A DNA stretch of 63,134 nt, filler included, from Craspedostauros australis (Eukaryota): assembly GCA_030167865.1 (NCBI GenBank). It is 5 parts of 5 records of this genome, joined end to end, with 100 filler letters (N's around TTAATTAATTAA, not from the genome) between each part and the next. Parts side by side here need not be neighbours in the genome. Positions count along the whole stretch, not along the records: positions 1 to 27,757 come from JALAGF010000141.1; positions 27,858 to 53,732 come from JALAGF010000147.1; 3 more parts are not named here. One strand, 5' to 3'. Under the pieces are notes generated by a model. That model saw only the letters and a program-made list of their open reading frames with translations, was not told the DNA's origin and searched no databases. The first letter of the stretch is position 1, and each line of letters opens with the position of its first letter. Both the position numbers and the translations under genes were made by a program. Positions 23,464 to 36,038 of the stretch are shown here, one piece after another.

Positions 23464-24433
23464 GACCGCACACCTCTTGGAATTGCCTCGCTAGATGGAC
23501 TGTGACGCAGATGAGGCAGAATGTCTGCAGGAAGGAGGAAGGTAATAACATTCGGCCGGCGGAAAGAGCAGAGCGCGTGTGGGTCGCACACAGGAGGATC
23601 ATCGCGCAGCCATCAAGAAACAGATGTGCCTGCTCTGTTTTGCATCACGATTCCGAAAAGATACCCTCCGGCGTGACCTGTTCGATTAAAAAGGTGCGAC
23701 ACGTCTTTCTTGTTTCTGCGCAGTTTTTGTCGTCTTCGTGGTTGTTGATCAGTCAGATTGTTGACACGACCAAAACGCTGAATCCGATGAGTCCAACGCT
23801 CCGATGGCGCCATCTGATGGGCAAACAGACGAAAGATCGAATCGTCGCAACGTCATTGAGCGTGCGTACGGCTGTTCCAACAAAGGAGTTCGTTGCTTGG
23901 TGGTGCACACCAGCGGTTTGATCGTTCCCCGCCAAATCTCGACACATCACATCAACTCAGTGCACATCACAACACCGCACATCACATCACCTCAGAGCAC
24001 ATAACATCACGTCGCAGTACAGCACATCATCGGGGAACCACTGCTCTTGGGAACAAGCGAAGAGCCACGAGCTACGAGAGACGAGCAATCGCAGTGTTAT
24101 CATCTTTCCCAAAGCGGCATCGCCTTTTCGTCCTGCTTGACTCGCACATCGGAAGCAAGCGGAGACGACAATTGCGCACGGCTGCGTTGAGTTACTAATA
24201 CGTCCAAGAAGAAGCCCAACACACCACCAACTGATCGATTGGCAGTCAACGAAAGCTTCTCGAATCGGAAGATACTGCTCTCTATTGGTAGAGTGGGCAC
24301 TCGTACTGATACCACGCTCCGACTAACGAACCGAAACTCACATGATCGATTGATCGGTACATTGACTCATTATCGATTGCAATACTCTATCCATTATTGA
24401 CTCGCTCCACGAAGCAACTCGAAATTTCGCAAC

Positions 24434-25174
24434 ATGACATCATCACGATGTGGAGCTGCCACGATGGTGTGCGCAATTATGGCAATTACTTCCACTGCTG
24501 CATTCACAAGCCCCTCTCCGATGCAGCATCGTGGCATCGTGAGCCCGTCAACATTGATCATCGACGCATCCACGCACACGCCCACGCAAAGGCAATGGCA
24601 AAGGCAACCATTCTCGCAACTCTTCGCGGCCAAGACGAGTGACGACGGTGCCAAGGGGGCGACCGCATCCAACCTGCCGGACATCGCCTCCATGAAGGCG
24701 AGGGAAATGAAGGCCGAGCTCGAGTCCTACGGCGTCTCCACAAAGTCTATGTTTGAAAAGTCCGAATTCGAATCAGCGCTGCGCAAGGCACGTGAACAGG
24801 GTAAAACTCCGAAATCCGGTTCCGCTTCTTCCGCCAAGCAGACATCATCCAGCGGTAGCAGTAACGGCACCGGAAAGTCACGACAGGAACGTTACGACGA
24901 GGCCCTTTCGATGGCGTCGAAGATGAAAGTCGGTGAACTGAAGAAGGATCTGGAATCGCGTGGCATCTCCACCAAGTCATTTTTTGAGAAATCAGAATTC
25001 GTCAAGGCCTACGCGACAGCTGTTGCCGACGGCACAGCAAAAAAAGGAGGCTCCCCCGGAGCCGCTTCACAGGACGAGCCCTTCGATCCGTCCTACAGGG
25101 ACGTTTCGGTGAGCAAATTCAATCCACGATCATTGCTGGGACAAAGAGTGATTGATGTTCAAGTGGGAAGATAG
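24434..25174 (+). CDS. Probable plastid-targeted protein with two SAP/HeH-like modules
   Basis: Signal peptide ending TAA-F plus Ser/Thr-rich transit peptide; duplicated MK..E.K..LES.G(V/I)STKS.FEKSEF motif. Confidence 0.75.
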   Translation: MTSSRCGAATMVCAIMAITSTAAFTSPSPMQHRGIVSPSTLIIDASTHTPTQRQWQRQPFSQLFAAKTSDDGAKGATASNLPDIASMKAREMKAELESYGVSTKSMFEKSEFESALRKAREQGKTPKSGSASSAKQTSSSGSSNGTGKSRQERYDEALSMASKMKVGELKKDLESRGISTKSFFEKSEFVKAYATAVADGTAKKGGSPGAASQDEPFDPSYRDVSVSKFNPRSLLGQRVIDVQVGR

Positions 25175-26000
25175 ATAGGTAGGAACGCGCGACCGGTCGA
25201 CGGGGTGGACGTGCAGATTCGGAATTTCTTGTTTCCTCACCGCTCGGCTCGCTCAGCAACCAAAGGTCGACCTTGTGAGGGAGGAGTCGTCTCCTCGCCT
25301 TCCGAATAATCAAACCGTAATCATCCAACAGACGACGATGCCGGAAGTGCTGGGGTCGATAAATTGTAGCTTCCAATCTGCCCCTGTTTTGGCGATCCAT
25401 CCACGTCACCAGGTCAGGCAAAAACAGGCCACTACCAAGCAGACTGTTCGCCAAACAGAGGGTAGATTCGCTTGCGACTGTAGGAAACCAAGCATCGCAT
25501 CGCTCCTTTCGCATTGTTAAGGAGCACACGATCGGTAGTAGCTATGATGTCCACAGTGCCGGTCCCCAATACTATCAGCCGTACTCGACAGGAGATGCAA
25601 GAATTGTATTTGTGGTGACGTCCTGGTTGTCGTCATTATCACCGCGACAGCGCCCCGATTTCAAGCTATTTAAGGAGTGTAGCACCGATACCAACACACG
25701 ATTACTCTAGGATTCGGTGTTATACAATTCAAGCGCCATCAAGCCGCGAAATGCCTGCGATCCTGATACTTCCATCAGCAGCTTACGCATGCAGTACAGA
25801 CTCAAAGAACATGCAATTGTAAAATGCAAATTGAGGGGTTTACTATAGTTCTGTAAGTATTTTTGTTAGAACATGCTATGCTCTTTGCGGTGATGGTTAC
25901 AATGCATGTACCGTACGAGTATGCTCTCTGGCAAGTCAAAGCGGCTGCAATCGTTGCGCCTATGGCTCCAAAGAAGAATGACGTGAAGAGGAGAATGGGA

Positions 26001-26789
26001 TCATGCGCAACGCGCCACGACCGAATCAGTGCGGGCTCGTGCCTGAGGCATGATGTCCGGTCGCCGTGATCTCATTGCCTGTGGTTGGAAGGAGGCTTTC
26101 CGAGATATGTTCGTTTTGTCCGCAGCCCCGGTCGATGACAGTTTGCTGTCAGTCATCCATGTAGTACTGGTAGGCTTGGCAGTCGACGAAGCAGCCGTGC
26201 TGGCAATGTTGCCACTCCTTGTGCCATAGTCGAGACAGCAGTACCTTGCGGCTACCTTGGCGTCTGCGTTGCCAACCAAAGAGGCTTGATGATGACACCG
26301 CTGGGAGACGAGGTGGTACACACGTGCCATGGCCATTGCATCGACCTTCACCGCTGGATGATTGGGACAATGCTCGCACTGTAACGCCTCTTGCTGTGCG
26401 AACACTGCCAGGTAGGCAAGCTCACGTGCATGCTGTAGCTGCAGATGCCGTGGGCCGACCAGTCTCTCCAGTCCACGCGTGCAGTAGCCAGTATCCTTGC
26501 CTGCCTCCATCTTGCGAAGGAGATTGATTGTCTTGTTGTTGATAGTTTCGTATTCGTCAGCCTGGTACCACACACGATGGAGTTCATCCGGTGTGTACTC
26601 GTTGAGAGGCATGGTGTAATGAATTTGCTGGATGGTACTGAAGCGGACTTTGCCACCGTTCTCGTCTCTGGCGATGCCCAGGCTGACTTCTTCCCGATTG
26701 ATGAGACCGACGCTTGGTATGCTTGTGGTGGCCGTGCTCATGGCCGGGCTCGTCCTCGTGTTCGTATTTGTGCTCCCGTTCACGTTCAT
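26001..26789 (-). CDS. Diatom-type hypothetical protein (VRF...WY...RGLE family)
   Basis: KVRFS...HYT...YTPDELHRVWYQADEY...CTRGLE...AVFAQQ...ARVY pattern. Confidence 0.7.
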   Translation of the reverse strand: MNVNGSTNTNTRTSPAMSTATTSIPSVGLINREEVSLGIARDENGGKVRFSTIQQIHYTMPLNEYTPDELHRVWYQADEYETINNKTINLLRKMEAGKDTGYCTRGLERLVGPRHLQLQHARELAYLAVFAQQEALQCEHCPNHPAVKVDAMAMARVYHLVSQRCHHQASLVGNADAKVAARYCCLDYGTRSGNIASTAASSTAKPTSTTWMTDSKLSSTGAADKTNISRKASFQPQAMRSRRPDIMPQARARTDSVVARCA

Positions 26790-26794
26790 TTTGA

Positions 26795-26856
26795 TGTTAG
26801 TGTTAGTGTTAGTGTTAGTGTTAGTGTTTGTGTTAGTGATTGTGTTTGTGTTTGTG
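26795..26856. repeat. (TGTTAG)n / (TGTTTG)n microsatellite
   Basis: Direct hexamer repeats immediately upstream of the 26001-26789 start codon. Confidence 0.85.
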
Positions 26857-27757
26857 ATCAGAACGCTGGCTGGGCGGATACATTGAGATTATGGGATAGA
26901 TGTGGACGCAGAGATCGGTTGAAACTGTTCGTTGATGGCGTGAAAAGGCATGCGTCGTCCTCGCTGGCCAGCGAACGAGTGCGCTGCCGCTACACCATGA
27001 TTGTTTGTCGGTGTTCGTTCCAAGCGCATACACAACGACTCAGGCTGATGATACCAGTAGAAATCCTTCGAATAATGATCATGCAGGCTGTATGGATGAG
27101 TGTGCACGGCAGGGATGAAATCTCATGGAATTCGACACAGCTGTGCCCTCTTCTGGGAGAGACGAATCCGTGGCTTCCTCCACAACGACTTCATTTTGTG
27201 AGAAGTGAAACGGCGAAGCCGCTTCGGTGTTTCTCGTTTGGGTGAGGTGCGTTATGTGTACAAGCTCCCATGGGGGGGAAGGGAAAACGGCGTTTTTTGC
27301 GAATTGCGACGAAGGAAAACGAAAGTCGAAAAGGGATGCGGGCCACCAAATGGCGAAACATTCTTGCGTATTTTCAAAAACAACTTGTGGCTTTTTTGCT
27401 CATTATCATGTTGTGTACGAACTGCATCTTGTTGTTTTTTGGCTTTTTTCATTCTGGTCCACGGATCCTTCGCCTCTTCATGCCATTGTACACATTCGAC
27501 AGCTACAGAGCCAGCATGTTCCCCTCTCTTCGAATGGGGGGTGCGGATGTTGTTGCGACTCTCTTGCCAGTTGACTTGTTGCATTCCAACAGCAGGATTC
27601 ATCTAGGTACGACAAGCAAACGTTGTACATTCTGACTCCACTATTTATGGTATTCTCGTTTGCCTTGCTGAGGCGGTTAACTTGCATCACCACGGCTCTG
27701 TCGTGCAGCCCTTCCACGGGTCCTCATCCCAGTAGTAGTCGGCTTTCTTCGTGCTTT

Positions 27758-27857
27758 NNNNNNNNNNNNNNNNNNNNNNNNNNNNNNNNNNNNNNNNNNN
27801 NTTAATTAATTAANNNNNNNNNNNNNNNNNNNNNNNNNNNNNNNNNNNNNNNNNNNN
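27758..27857. other. Artificial scaffold join (N44-TTAATTAATTAA-N44)
   Basis: Identical 100-nt spacer occurs four times; TTAATTAATTAA gives stops in all six frames. Confidence 0.95.
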
Positions 27858-29572
27858 GGATTGCAATATGGTACCATACCAGACAGATTTCGTCGTGACA
27901 GCGGCGGTCTTCAACTCGAATCTGATGGGTTCACAGCTGACTGTTCGGGTTGACCACTCAGAAGCCGTGGGATCCTTCTGCAGTGAAGAAGGTCAGGAAG
28001 ATTCTGTGGAAGTCTCCATCGACTACACCAGACAGTGAAAATAGACTCCATCGCAAGCACTCGACGCCAAGCTCGCCACTGTTGCTTCAGTACACGCTGC
28101 AACGAGAGAAACGGAGACAGATGTACGGAACCATAGAAGTAGGGCATGCATGACCTGATCATCTTCAGCGATAGCTCCAAATATAGTATAGTACTTGAGT
28201 GTTACACTTTCACGAAGGTCTGCGCCACGTGTATTCCGGCCCTGCAGATCCTTCAACTCGTTGCGATCATCATGAATCAGAGAGTCCACGCCCGTCGCCA
28301 GATCATTTGAAGAGAGTACAATGCTCTGTCCTGGTCGAGCGATGATCGTGTTCATTGCGTTCCCAATAAGTGATTTCGTGCATTCTTAGAGCAGAGTAAG
28401 AGTCGAACAGAGTTGGTGTTTGCGGGCATCGTTGAGTGTCTCTAGCTCCATCGTATCAGACAGAAATTCGATGGGCTCGTTCGACCATTCGCCGCCGGTT
28501 GACAGGCAGACGTAAACTGGCCACGAACGTCACGAACTCTATCCAGTTGAGTCGTGCATGTAATGCCAACGTCAACGACGGAAGAGTCATTGTTCGCTGC
28601 GAAACGACAGAAATCGGACATGATGTCATAAGAAATGATAATGTGTCACCAGTATCCGGATGATAAATGATTTCGATTAAACGGGACCGAACTGTTCGTG
28701 TCGGAGTTTCCACATTCACAGTTGCGATAAGAGGTTGGAAGTGGGAAACGCGAGAAATCATTTGGCGCCAAAGTTTGTTCGTGGTCGCTGCAAAATGCAC
28801 GATTGGTGGCGGCTCGTGATGGCGGGCAGGTGTTGATGCGGAAGCGTCATCCTCGTTGAACCATCATCATCACCATCTCGATCAGCATCATGCGATCACC
28901 TCTCTGCTTCCGTTCGCGACGTGGAGCCGTCTAATCATGAGTAGTATAGATCGTGCCCTCGTCTGGTAGGGTGCTCTACTTTCTTTTCTGGAGAGAGTAA
29001 TAAGATTAGCAATCTTTTTCATTGATCTCATGGCCCTTGTTTGCCACTTTGGCTATCCGTTTTGGCGAACAGAAAGAGGAAAGCAACGCAACGCAACAAA
29101 GGAACTGCAACAATTGATACCAACAACCATCACTGAGACTCCAAGGTATAGGAGCTCGCACCGCCCACGCAGAGTATGCACCATATTCTACACAGAAGAA
29201 GACTAGGGCGACAGCAACAAGAAGGACACCAGGACTCAGAAGAAACGCGAATCCGTCAATTCACCGGTCGGTTGATGCCCTTCACCTTCCTCCTCTGAGT
29301 TTGTGTGGTTTGTGTGATGCGTTGTCGATGTGCACGAAACACACAGAATAGTAGCGTACGACTATGACTATGATTACGAGCCACATACTGGTACCACACA
29401 TCGCACAAACTCGCACAACATTGGGAACTGCGCCGCCACAGAGCAACAACCACGAGTATGCTCCAATAGAAGCTCTCTCTCTCTCTCTCTACAAACGACA
29501 CTGTCACTCACCAAGCAAAGACGATCATTCCAGGCAGCACAGAGTTTGAGAGCATCAATCTCTCTGCATACC

Positions 29573-29636
29573 AACATCCACAATCACATCCACAGTCACA
29601 TTCACAATCACATTAACAATCACATTAACAATCAAC
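29573..29636. repeat. Degenerate 12-bp tandem repeat (CACAATCACATY-like)
   Basis: About five copies just upstream of the 29662 ORF. Confidence 0.7.
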
Positions 29637-29661
29637 TTCAAAGCGAAGACGCGCCACATCA

Positions 29662-30132
29662 ATGAGCATGGCGTCTGCTGTGGTCGATAGCGGCCGTCAC
29701 AGTGATGGCGGGGATGGCCTGAATATTGGCACGGGTAGTGCCTGCGGTGACAGCGCCAGCGAGATGTCATGGGATATGCAGGAGCTGCTGATGACCGAGA
29801 GCCAGGTCGAGGAACAGCGACGGCTGCTGGAGCAGTTTCAGCAGCAGCAGAGGCAACGACAGCGTCAGCAGCAGCAGCATCATCATCTGCAGCAACCCGC
29901 CATGTCGCAACCAAGGCAGTACTACGACGGCATGCCCCATTTCAATGATTCTCAGGACTCCACGGAGATACGCCGAGCCAATCAAATGTTTGCGGTGTGT
30001 GAACCGGACCGCAGTAATACTGCGAGTACTATTGCTACTGTTGGTACTGTTGGTGTTCTAGTAGATCCATCAGCGAGCGCACCTCCACATCAAAATGTTC
30101 GCCCAAGAAGTTCCCAAGGCCGGCAGAGGAGT

Positions 30133-30163
<31 letters not shown>

Positions 30164-33100
30164 GCCCACAGTATCAGTTCCTCCAGCGCTGGATTCGGCG
30201 TCCCAAGAGAACGCGGAACAGCGGCACCACGGGCGCTCCAACTGCGGCCATTGCCGTTCCCGTTGTTGCTCCTGCACCTGGCAACGATATCGCGAGACGC
30301 AGAGGCCAACAGTCGCCGAGAAGCAATCGCCATCCAATCGCACAGCAATCCCATACGAATGCACGAGCGCTCCCGCAATCAAGCACAGCAGCAGCACCGA
30401 CCACATCCGAAAATCGTCCGTCGCGGTCAACAAATGAGTCGCACAATCGTATCAGTCAAGCATCATCAGAAGCTCCACCGCCAGCGGTTGCTCGAGCATC
30501 ATCCAACGCTGGGATCAATAAGCGAGATATCGGAATTGGTATCCCCGTCCAACGTCTGTCCAATCACGCGGGCGATGAGAGCAACAATACCGAAGTATCC
30601 TCGGAGGCTCGATTGCGCATGATGGGAGGGATTCGGTCACAGTCAACCGCACGCCAGCGTGCCTCCGACGATACGAATAGACCGAGAGGCGTCCCTGAGC
30701 ATGTGCATGTAGATGACCCTCGCACTCGGAGCTCACCGCGGAACGAGATCCCCCCACCACCCGCGGCAACGTCACCGGTTGCGACAGAATTGAACCAGAC
30801 GATGATGGAATCCGAAGCCCTGCATCCCACGCAACAAACAACGACCACGCCTTCGAAACGACAGTACCGGCCGTGGGCGAAGATGAAGTTGATCAAGAAA
30901 AGAAAGAACAAGAACAAACCCACGAACAGCAACAGAAACAAGCCCGCGAAGACGACCGGCAATGTCAATGCGGTCGGATCCAATGCTCCGAATGGAGACA
31001 ACAGTGTGACACGGCGAAGAGAGCAATCCTCAGCTGATGCAGCGCCTAACTCGGACTGTTCCAACATGAGCCTTCAGGCGCTGATGTCATCGTTGGCGGC
31101 AATGGGAACCAGCAGAAGCAGCAGGGTGGACGATGACAACACGAGCATGATTTGTAGCGCCGGAGTGCTCCGACATGGGCAGAATGCATCCGCACCCTAT
31201 GCTTCTTCGCGAAATGAAGCGAGGAGTTTGGATCACGGCGATGGCATATCAACCACTGGTCGCACGGTGGCATCCGAGGAAGAGAGAGATCTGTGGTACG
31301 CGGCTGAGATGCATCCGCGGTTGCAGCAGGCCCTTCTGGATTGGTGGTGGTACAGGCGTCACTACCGCCATGCCTTGGTTGAATACCGGCTGCGACAGGC
31401 TCTGCACGGGACTTCCGAAGCCACGCCGCACCGACAGTTCTTGGAGGGCGAGGTTGAACGGCTTGCTGCGGCACGCGAGCGACGGACCAACAATTTGAAT
31501 GGGCGTGGCGAACGTCGACGATTGAATCCATCGTCGCAAGCAAACAACCTTCCTGGTATCCAAGAGAACGATGCGATGGAGACGAACGATGCGAATGCCG
31601 ATGCGATGCACGCTGCACAGCGGTCATCCAGTCACAGTTCGCAGCAACCAGAGAAGGACCGCAAGATGCTCGCTTCTCCGTATGCGTCGAATATCAAACA
31701 ACAATCCACGACATTTGCACCTCCTGAAAGCCAAACGCCGCATGGTGAAGCGCGCCAGTCCAGCGCGGGTGTGTACGAAGGCTATCACATGGGAAATGAC
31801 TCACGTGATGGACGTGGAGCCGCCGCAAGCCAGCAATCAATCCATGGTCGGACTTCGGCATCCTTTCGGCGTGGTGTGCCAGTCAGAACGATGTCGGGAG
31901 ATGCTGTCAGTCCTCCCCAATCACCAAAACGTTTGGAACGTCGTGTTGGCGACACTCGCGCCATTTCTGCTACTGCCACTGCGACTACTGTGGGAAATGA
32001 ACATGACCGAGTTCTCCAAGCACCCAACGCATTTGTCAAAGCAACAACACAGACAACCACGACGACGACGACCATAACTCTCACCAGGGGCACAACGACA
32101 ACGCCAGCAACCGAAACCCTCACTGAGACGAAGATGCAAACGCAGACACAAACACAAACGCACACACAACTGCGATCGATTAGCATGGTCGTTGACGACA
32201 ACAATTCGCAAAATTCGTCCGATAACACTACAGAAGACAGAGACGGAACAAACGCTGAGCATGTGCAATCAACGAAGGCAGCACCTCGTGCCGCCGAACT
32301 CTCCGAATATCATGTGCAGCATGATTTTGACCGCCCAAACACAGTTACCGAAAATGATCACAGCCAGTTGCATCATCCATCCGCCCACCACTCGCCAGTG
32401 AAGATGCGTATGCCGTCCACGTTGCAGATGAATCCGGATGAAGGCTCCTCGCCTATTCGTCAGCGATTTCTGCATGCAGGATTCATGGAGGGTCCATACC
32501 TATCAGGGTTGACTCCGCCTGCACCCATGTCTGGCGTGACCTTGCCATGGGAGTTGAACGAAACGCCCGATGCGTCAGGAATCGAAGATAACGAAGATAG
32601 CGACATGGATGATCACAGTGATAGCATGGATCTTCGCAAAGGATCGTCGTACGAGCAACATCACCAATCGTTGCTTCAGACGCAGGCAGGAACGCAGACA
32701 CAAGCAGGCGATCGGGCCATGCTGCCTACGAGTACGTCGACTGTCTCTCTGTCATCGGGCTCTACATCCGCAGTCAGTCATGAAAGTGGCTCCATCCATT
32801 TGTCCATCGCATCTGACCCGTTGTCGGACACCTTCTCGTCGTCCTCAACTTCGTCGACGCTTGAGGATCCACATCATGTCGCTCTTGGCGGACGCAATCA
32901 AGCAGACGATCAAGAATCTGCTCAGCCGAAACTCCCTGGTCGACGCCGTGAGGGTGATGTGGAAGCGAGGGATGCAAACACCATTACGTCTGGTGATTTT
33001 CTGAGGGACGACGAGATCGAGCTACTCTTGGCGCGGCTTGGACAACAGGGCGAGCCAGTGGAAGGGATTGGGCAAAACTTCTCCACCGAAAACGTGACGA

Positions 33101-34482
33101 GTGAAGTACTTGTTCCGCACTCTGCTGTCGTCCAAGAGTCGGTTCCAGTGCCAATGAATGGCCCAGATTCGACCGAGGAAGAGGTGAATTCTGTGCAGAT
33201 CGACGAATCCGTGACCAGCAGCATCGGGAACGTCGACCTGGCGATGCTGTACAACAGCTCTGAAACAGGACAGGGCAGATCGTCCATCTCGCAGTCGATG
33301 TCGACGTCGACGTCGATGCACACCACAGTGCAAAGGTCTTGGCACAGCGGGATGGAGGGGACTGCATCCACTGGGCATCGGTCACAACAGAACTCCCACC
33401 ACCGCCAGCGGCAGTCTACTCATCGACGCCGCAGAAGGACGATGGGGCTCGAGGACGACCCGCGACCGGAGATCGCACTGACGGAGGAGTCAAGTTCAAG
33501 CCAAGCGGACTCTTCGTTGCTGCAACGGGCCACGTTGATGCCAAAGCTACATCAGCAGATTTCATCGAGCAGCGATGCCATGAGCACTGCAGGCTTGGAC
33601 GCGACCTTCCAATGCCGCTGTTGCTTCGACACGTATCCCGTCAGACCCAACGGAATAGCCTGTGACAACATCCAGTGCCAACCGCACGTATTCTGCCGCA
33701 AGTGCATCCAAAACTTCATTTGGAACTCGAGGGAGACGACCGCATTCCGCAAGGTGAAGCTACTTCAGACGAATGAGGATGGAATGCGGTCGTCGCAAGC
33801 CGCGGGTTCCGACCAGAACCACCAATGGGATCCAATCTGCCAGATTGGCTGTTTCCAGTACCATCACGGTGACCCGAAGAAACCGTGTCCTGGGAAGATC
33901 CAGGTCCATCTGGCGAAGCTGTTCGACCGAACCCAGATGGAACACATCGTGTCCATGATCAACGCCCGCGACAATGCCATCTCCGGCGGGTTGGCTCGTG
34001 TTGATCAGACCGAGCGGCGTCAGTCTACGCAGTTGCGGCACCATGAAGATGATGATAGCCAAGGCGGTGCAGGAGTTGATACGAACCGCCGGACCCCCAA
34101 TCCCATGTCCAGCGCGATCCAGCAGATGCAGCACGCCATGAAGGAAGCGATGACGCAGGTGAGGGTCCGGACATGCCCATCCTGCCAGCAATCGTTCGTG
34201 AAGGAAGGCGGCGGATGCAACAAGATGATCTGCCCCATGTGCCAGACAGCGTCGTGTTTCTGCTGTCGCAAAGTCGTGTCAAAGGACGGATACAATCATT
34301 TCACCAATCTGCGGTATTATGACAAGAAGGATCTCAAGCTGTGCCCTCTGTGGACGGACGATGACATCGACTTGGCAAGAGACCAATCCAGGATGCGGCA
34401 AGAGGTTTTCAGCATCGCCAATCGAGTGTGCGAGGAGGCATTCTCGTCAGGGTCTGCCCAGCCGCCTTTGCCCAAGCGATGA
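29662..34482 (+). CDS. RNF216/TRIAD3-like RBR-type E3 ubiquitin ligase with long disordered N-terminus
   Basis: RING1-like FQCRCCFD...HVFCRKCI...C...C; RING2 KEAMTQVRVRTCPSCQQSFVKEGGGCNKMICPMCQTASCFCCRK...GYNHF...CPLWTD. Confidence 0.8.
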
Positions 34483-34815
34483 TTCCATCCCTCGCAATCC
34501 ATTGCACAGCATGTAATGTAATATAATAGTTCAGGATGATTGGCGGATAACACAGAGGATTGTCCTATTAGTACGGTCAGAGAAAAGGATGGAGAGTAAA
34601 AAGCGATTGTAGTTTGCTAGGTGTTTACTATTGCGCCGCGTTCATTGTGGGTGAACGTCTTCGGCCCTGCGAGTACGTACTAATACGAGTAGTAGTACCA
34701 TGCAATCGCATTCGGTGCTCCGTCCGCTCCATGCAATCGTCGACTTCGTCAATGCGACCGAGTTCCGCGTTGTGTTGTGCAGTCAGAAGCCATCCATCGC
34801 ATCAACCAATGTCCA

Positions 34816-35355
34816 TCAATCCCAGAACGATGCCAGGGCCACTCTGATGCTGAGAAGGAACATGGTGAGCATCATGACCGGCGATCGGAATCGACGCAAC
34901 AGATTCGAAAACAATCGCTTCGCCGAAACGCATTCGGACGATCGTGTCTCCTGCTCACGTCTGGGCGTCCAGTTGGTGTATGCATGGGGCAGCAGGAATC
35001 GATCTTCGGCCCGGAACAGGCATGGGCTGTGTTGGCGTGCTTCTCCCCCTCCTTGTCGCGGCTGGCTGGAGTCCAAGCGTCGCAATGGCGCGTCCTTGTT
35101 GTCGTCGGTATGTTCGGCACGCGAAAGGCAGAAGAGGTCATCCTTCGACAATCCGTCCATCAGCGTGAAGTGCATGCGTGCCGTGGTGCGGCCGAAGCGG
35201 CGCGACGGCGCATGGTTGCGTTGCGGCATCGCTGCATGTTGGAAGGCATCGACCTGCGGCGCTGCGCCGGAACTCGCGAGGACGAAGAGGAGCAGAAAGA
35301 CCGAAGCGGAAGACAGCCGCTGCACGAGGACGGATCGTTGTTGCTTTGTCATCAT
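34816..35355 (-). CDS. Small hypothetical protein with probable bipartite plastid-targeting leader
   Basis: Hydrophobic stretch VFLLLFVLASS, VDA-F cleavage motif, Arg-rich transit-like segment; hydrophobic C-terminus. Confidence 0.4.
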   Translation of the reverse strand: MMTKQQRSVLVQRLSSASVFLLLFVLASSGAAPQVDAFQHAAMPQRNHAPSRRFGRTTARMHFTLMDGLSKDDLFCLSRAEHTDDNKDAPLRRLDSSQPRQGGGEARQHSPCLFRAEDRFLLPHAYTNWTPRREQETRSSECVSAKRLFSNLLRRFRSPVMMLTMFLLSIRVALASFWD

Positions 35356-35413
35356 CGTGTTGCTTTGAGATGTGTTGTGTTTGTGTCGTTCGTGTTGCGT
35401 TGAGATGTACGAC

Positions 35414-35450
35414 TATGGAGATGTATGGAGATGTATGGAGATGTATGGAG
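35414..35450. repeat. 10-bp tandem repeat (TATGGAGATG) x~3.7
   Basis: Direct reading of the sequence. Confidence 0.85.
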
Positions 35451-36038
35451 GTGGGGCTTGGCGGTCCCTCTCCTGGTTGACTTGTCTGCGCACAAAGAAG
35501 ATGCAGAAGGTCCGAACACCTGCTGAACACCTCCTGCTGTGGTCGGCTGCTTCTGATTCCTCCTCTCTCTGCGCCATCGCACACAACCAACCAACGAATT
35601 TCTCGGCGAATCGCCCATCACATCCACTCGCACAAACATCACTGCGCGCACTCTTCAGCCACCCGCTCTGTTCTTCGTGTTCTTTGTTCTCCGCGTTTTC
35701 CGTTTCGAACCGAACACCGATTGACACCATTCAGTCATGAAATCGAAATCAGTCATGAGTGAGTTATGCGTTATTGGACGGTTATAGTTTTGGCGCCATG
35801 AGAACCCTTTCTGTTCCAATCTTCTGCATCAAAGACCAAAGATACTGGTGACAATGACCGATCCCATCGTCGCCGATGACCACTCCCTTGCGCATCGTGG
35901 ATGCAGGAGTGAGAGTGGACGAAGCAGTCGAGCAGAGTGGCATGTGACACAGCAACATTGTAGCATAGCAACATCGCAGCATATTGTAGTCCTCTTGCCG
36001 GATGTACCACAACACTGCGCAAGGCACAAGCATCAGTC

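Noticed and set aside
27802..27813. TTAATTAATTAA palindrome inside N-runs (four times), superficially like piggyBac TTAA sites or a regulatory repeat
   Set aside because: Always centred in an identical 100-nt N spacer; an artificial six-frame-stop contig linker
27858..28800. Broken minus-strand ORFs beside a gap
   Set aside because: May be a decayed gene or TE, but no recognisable motif
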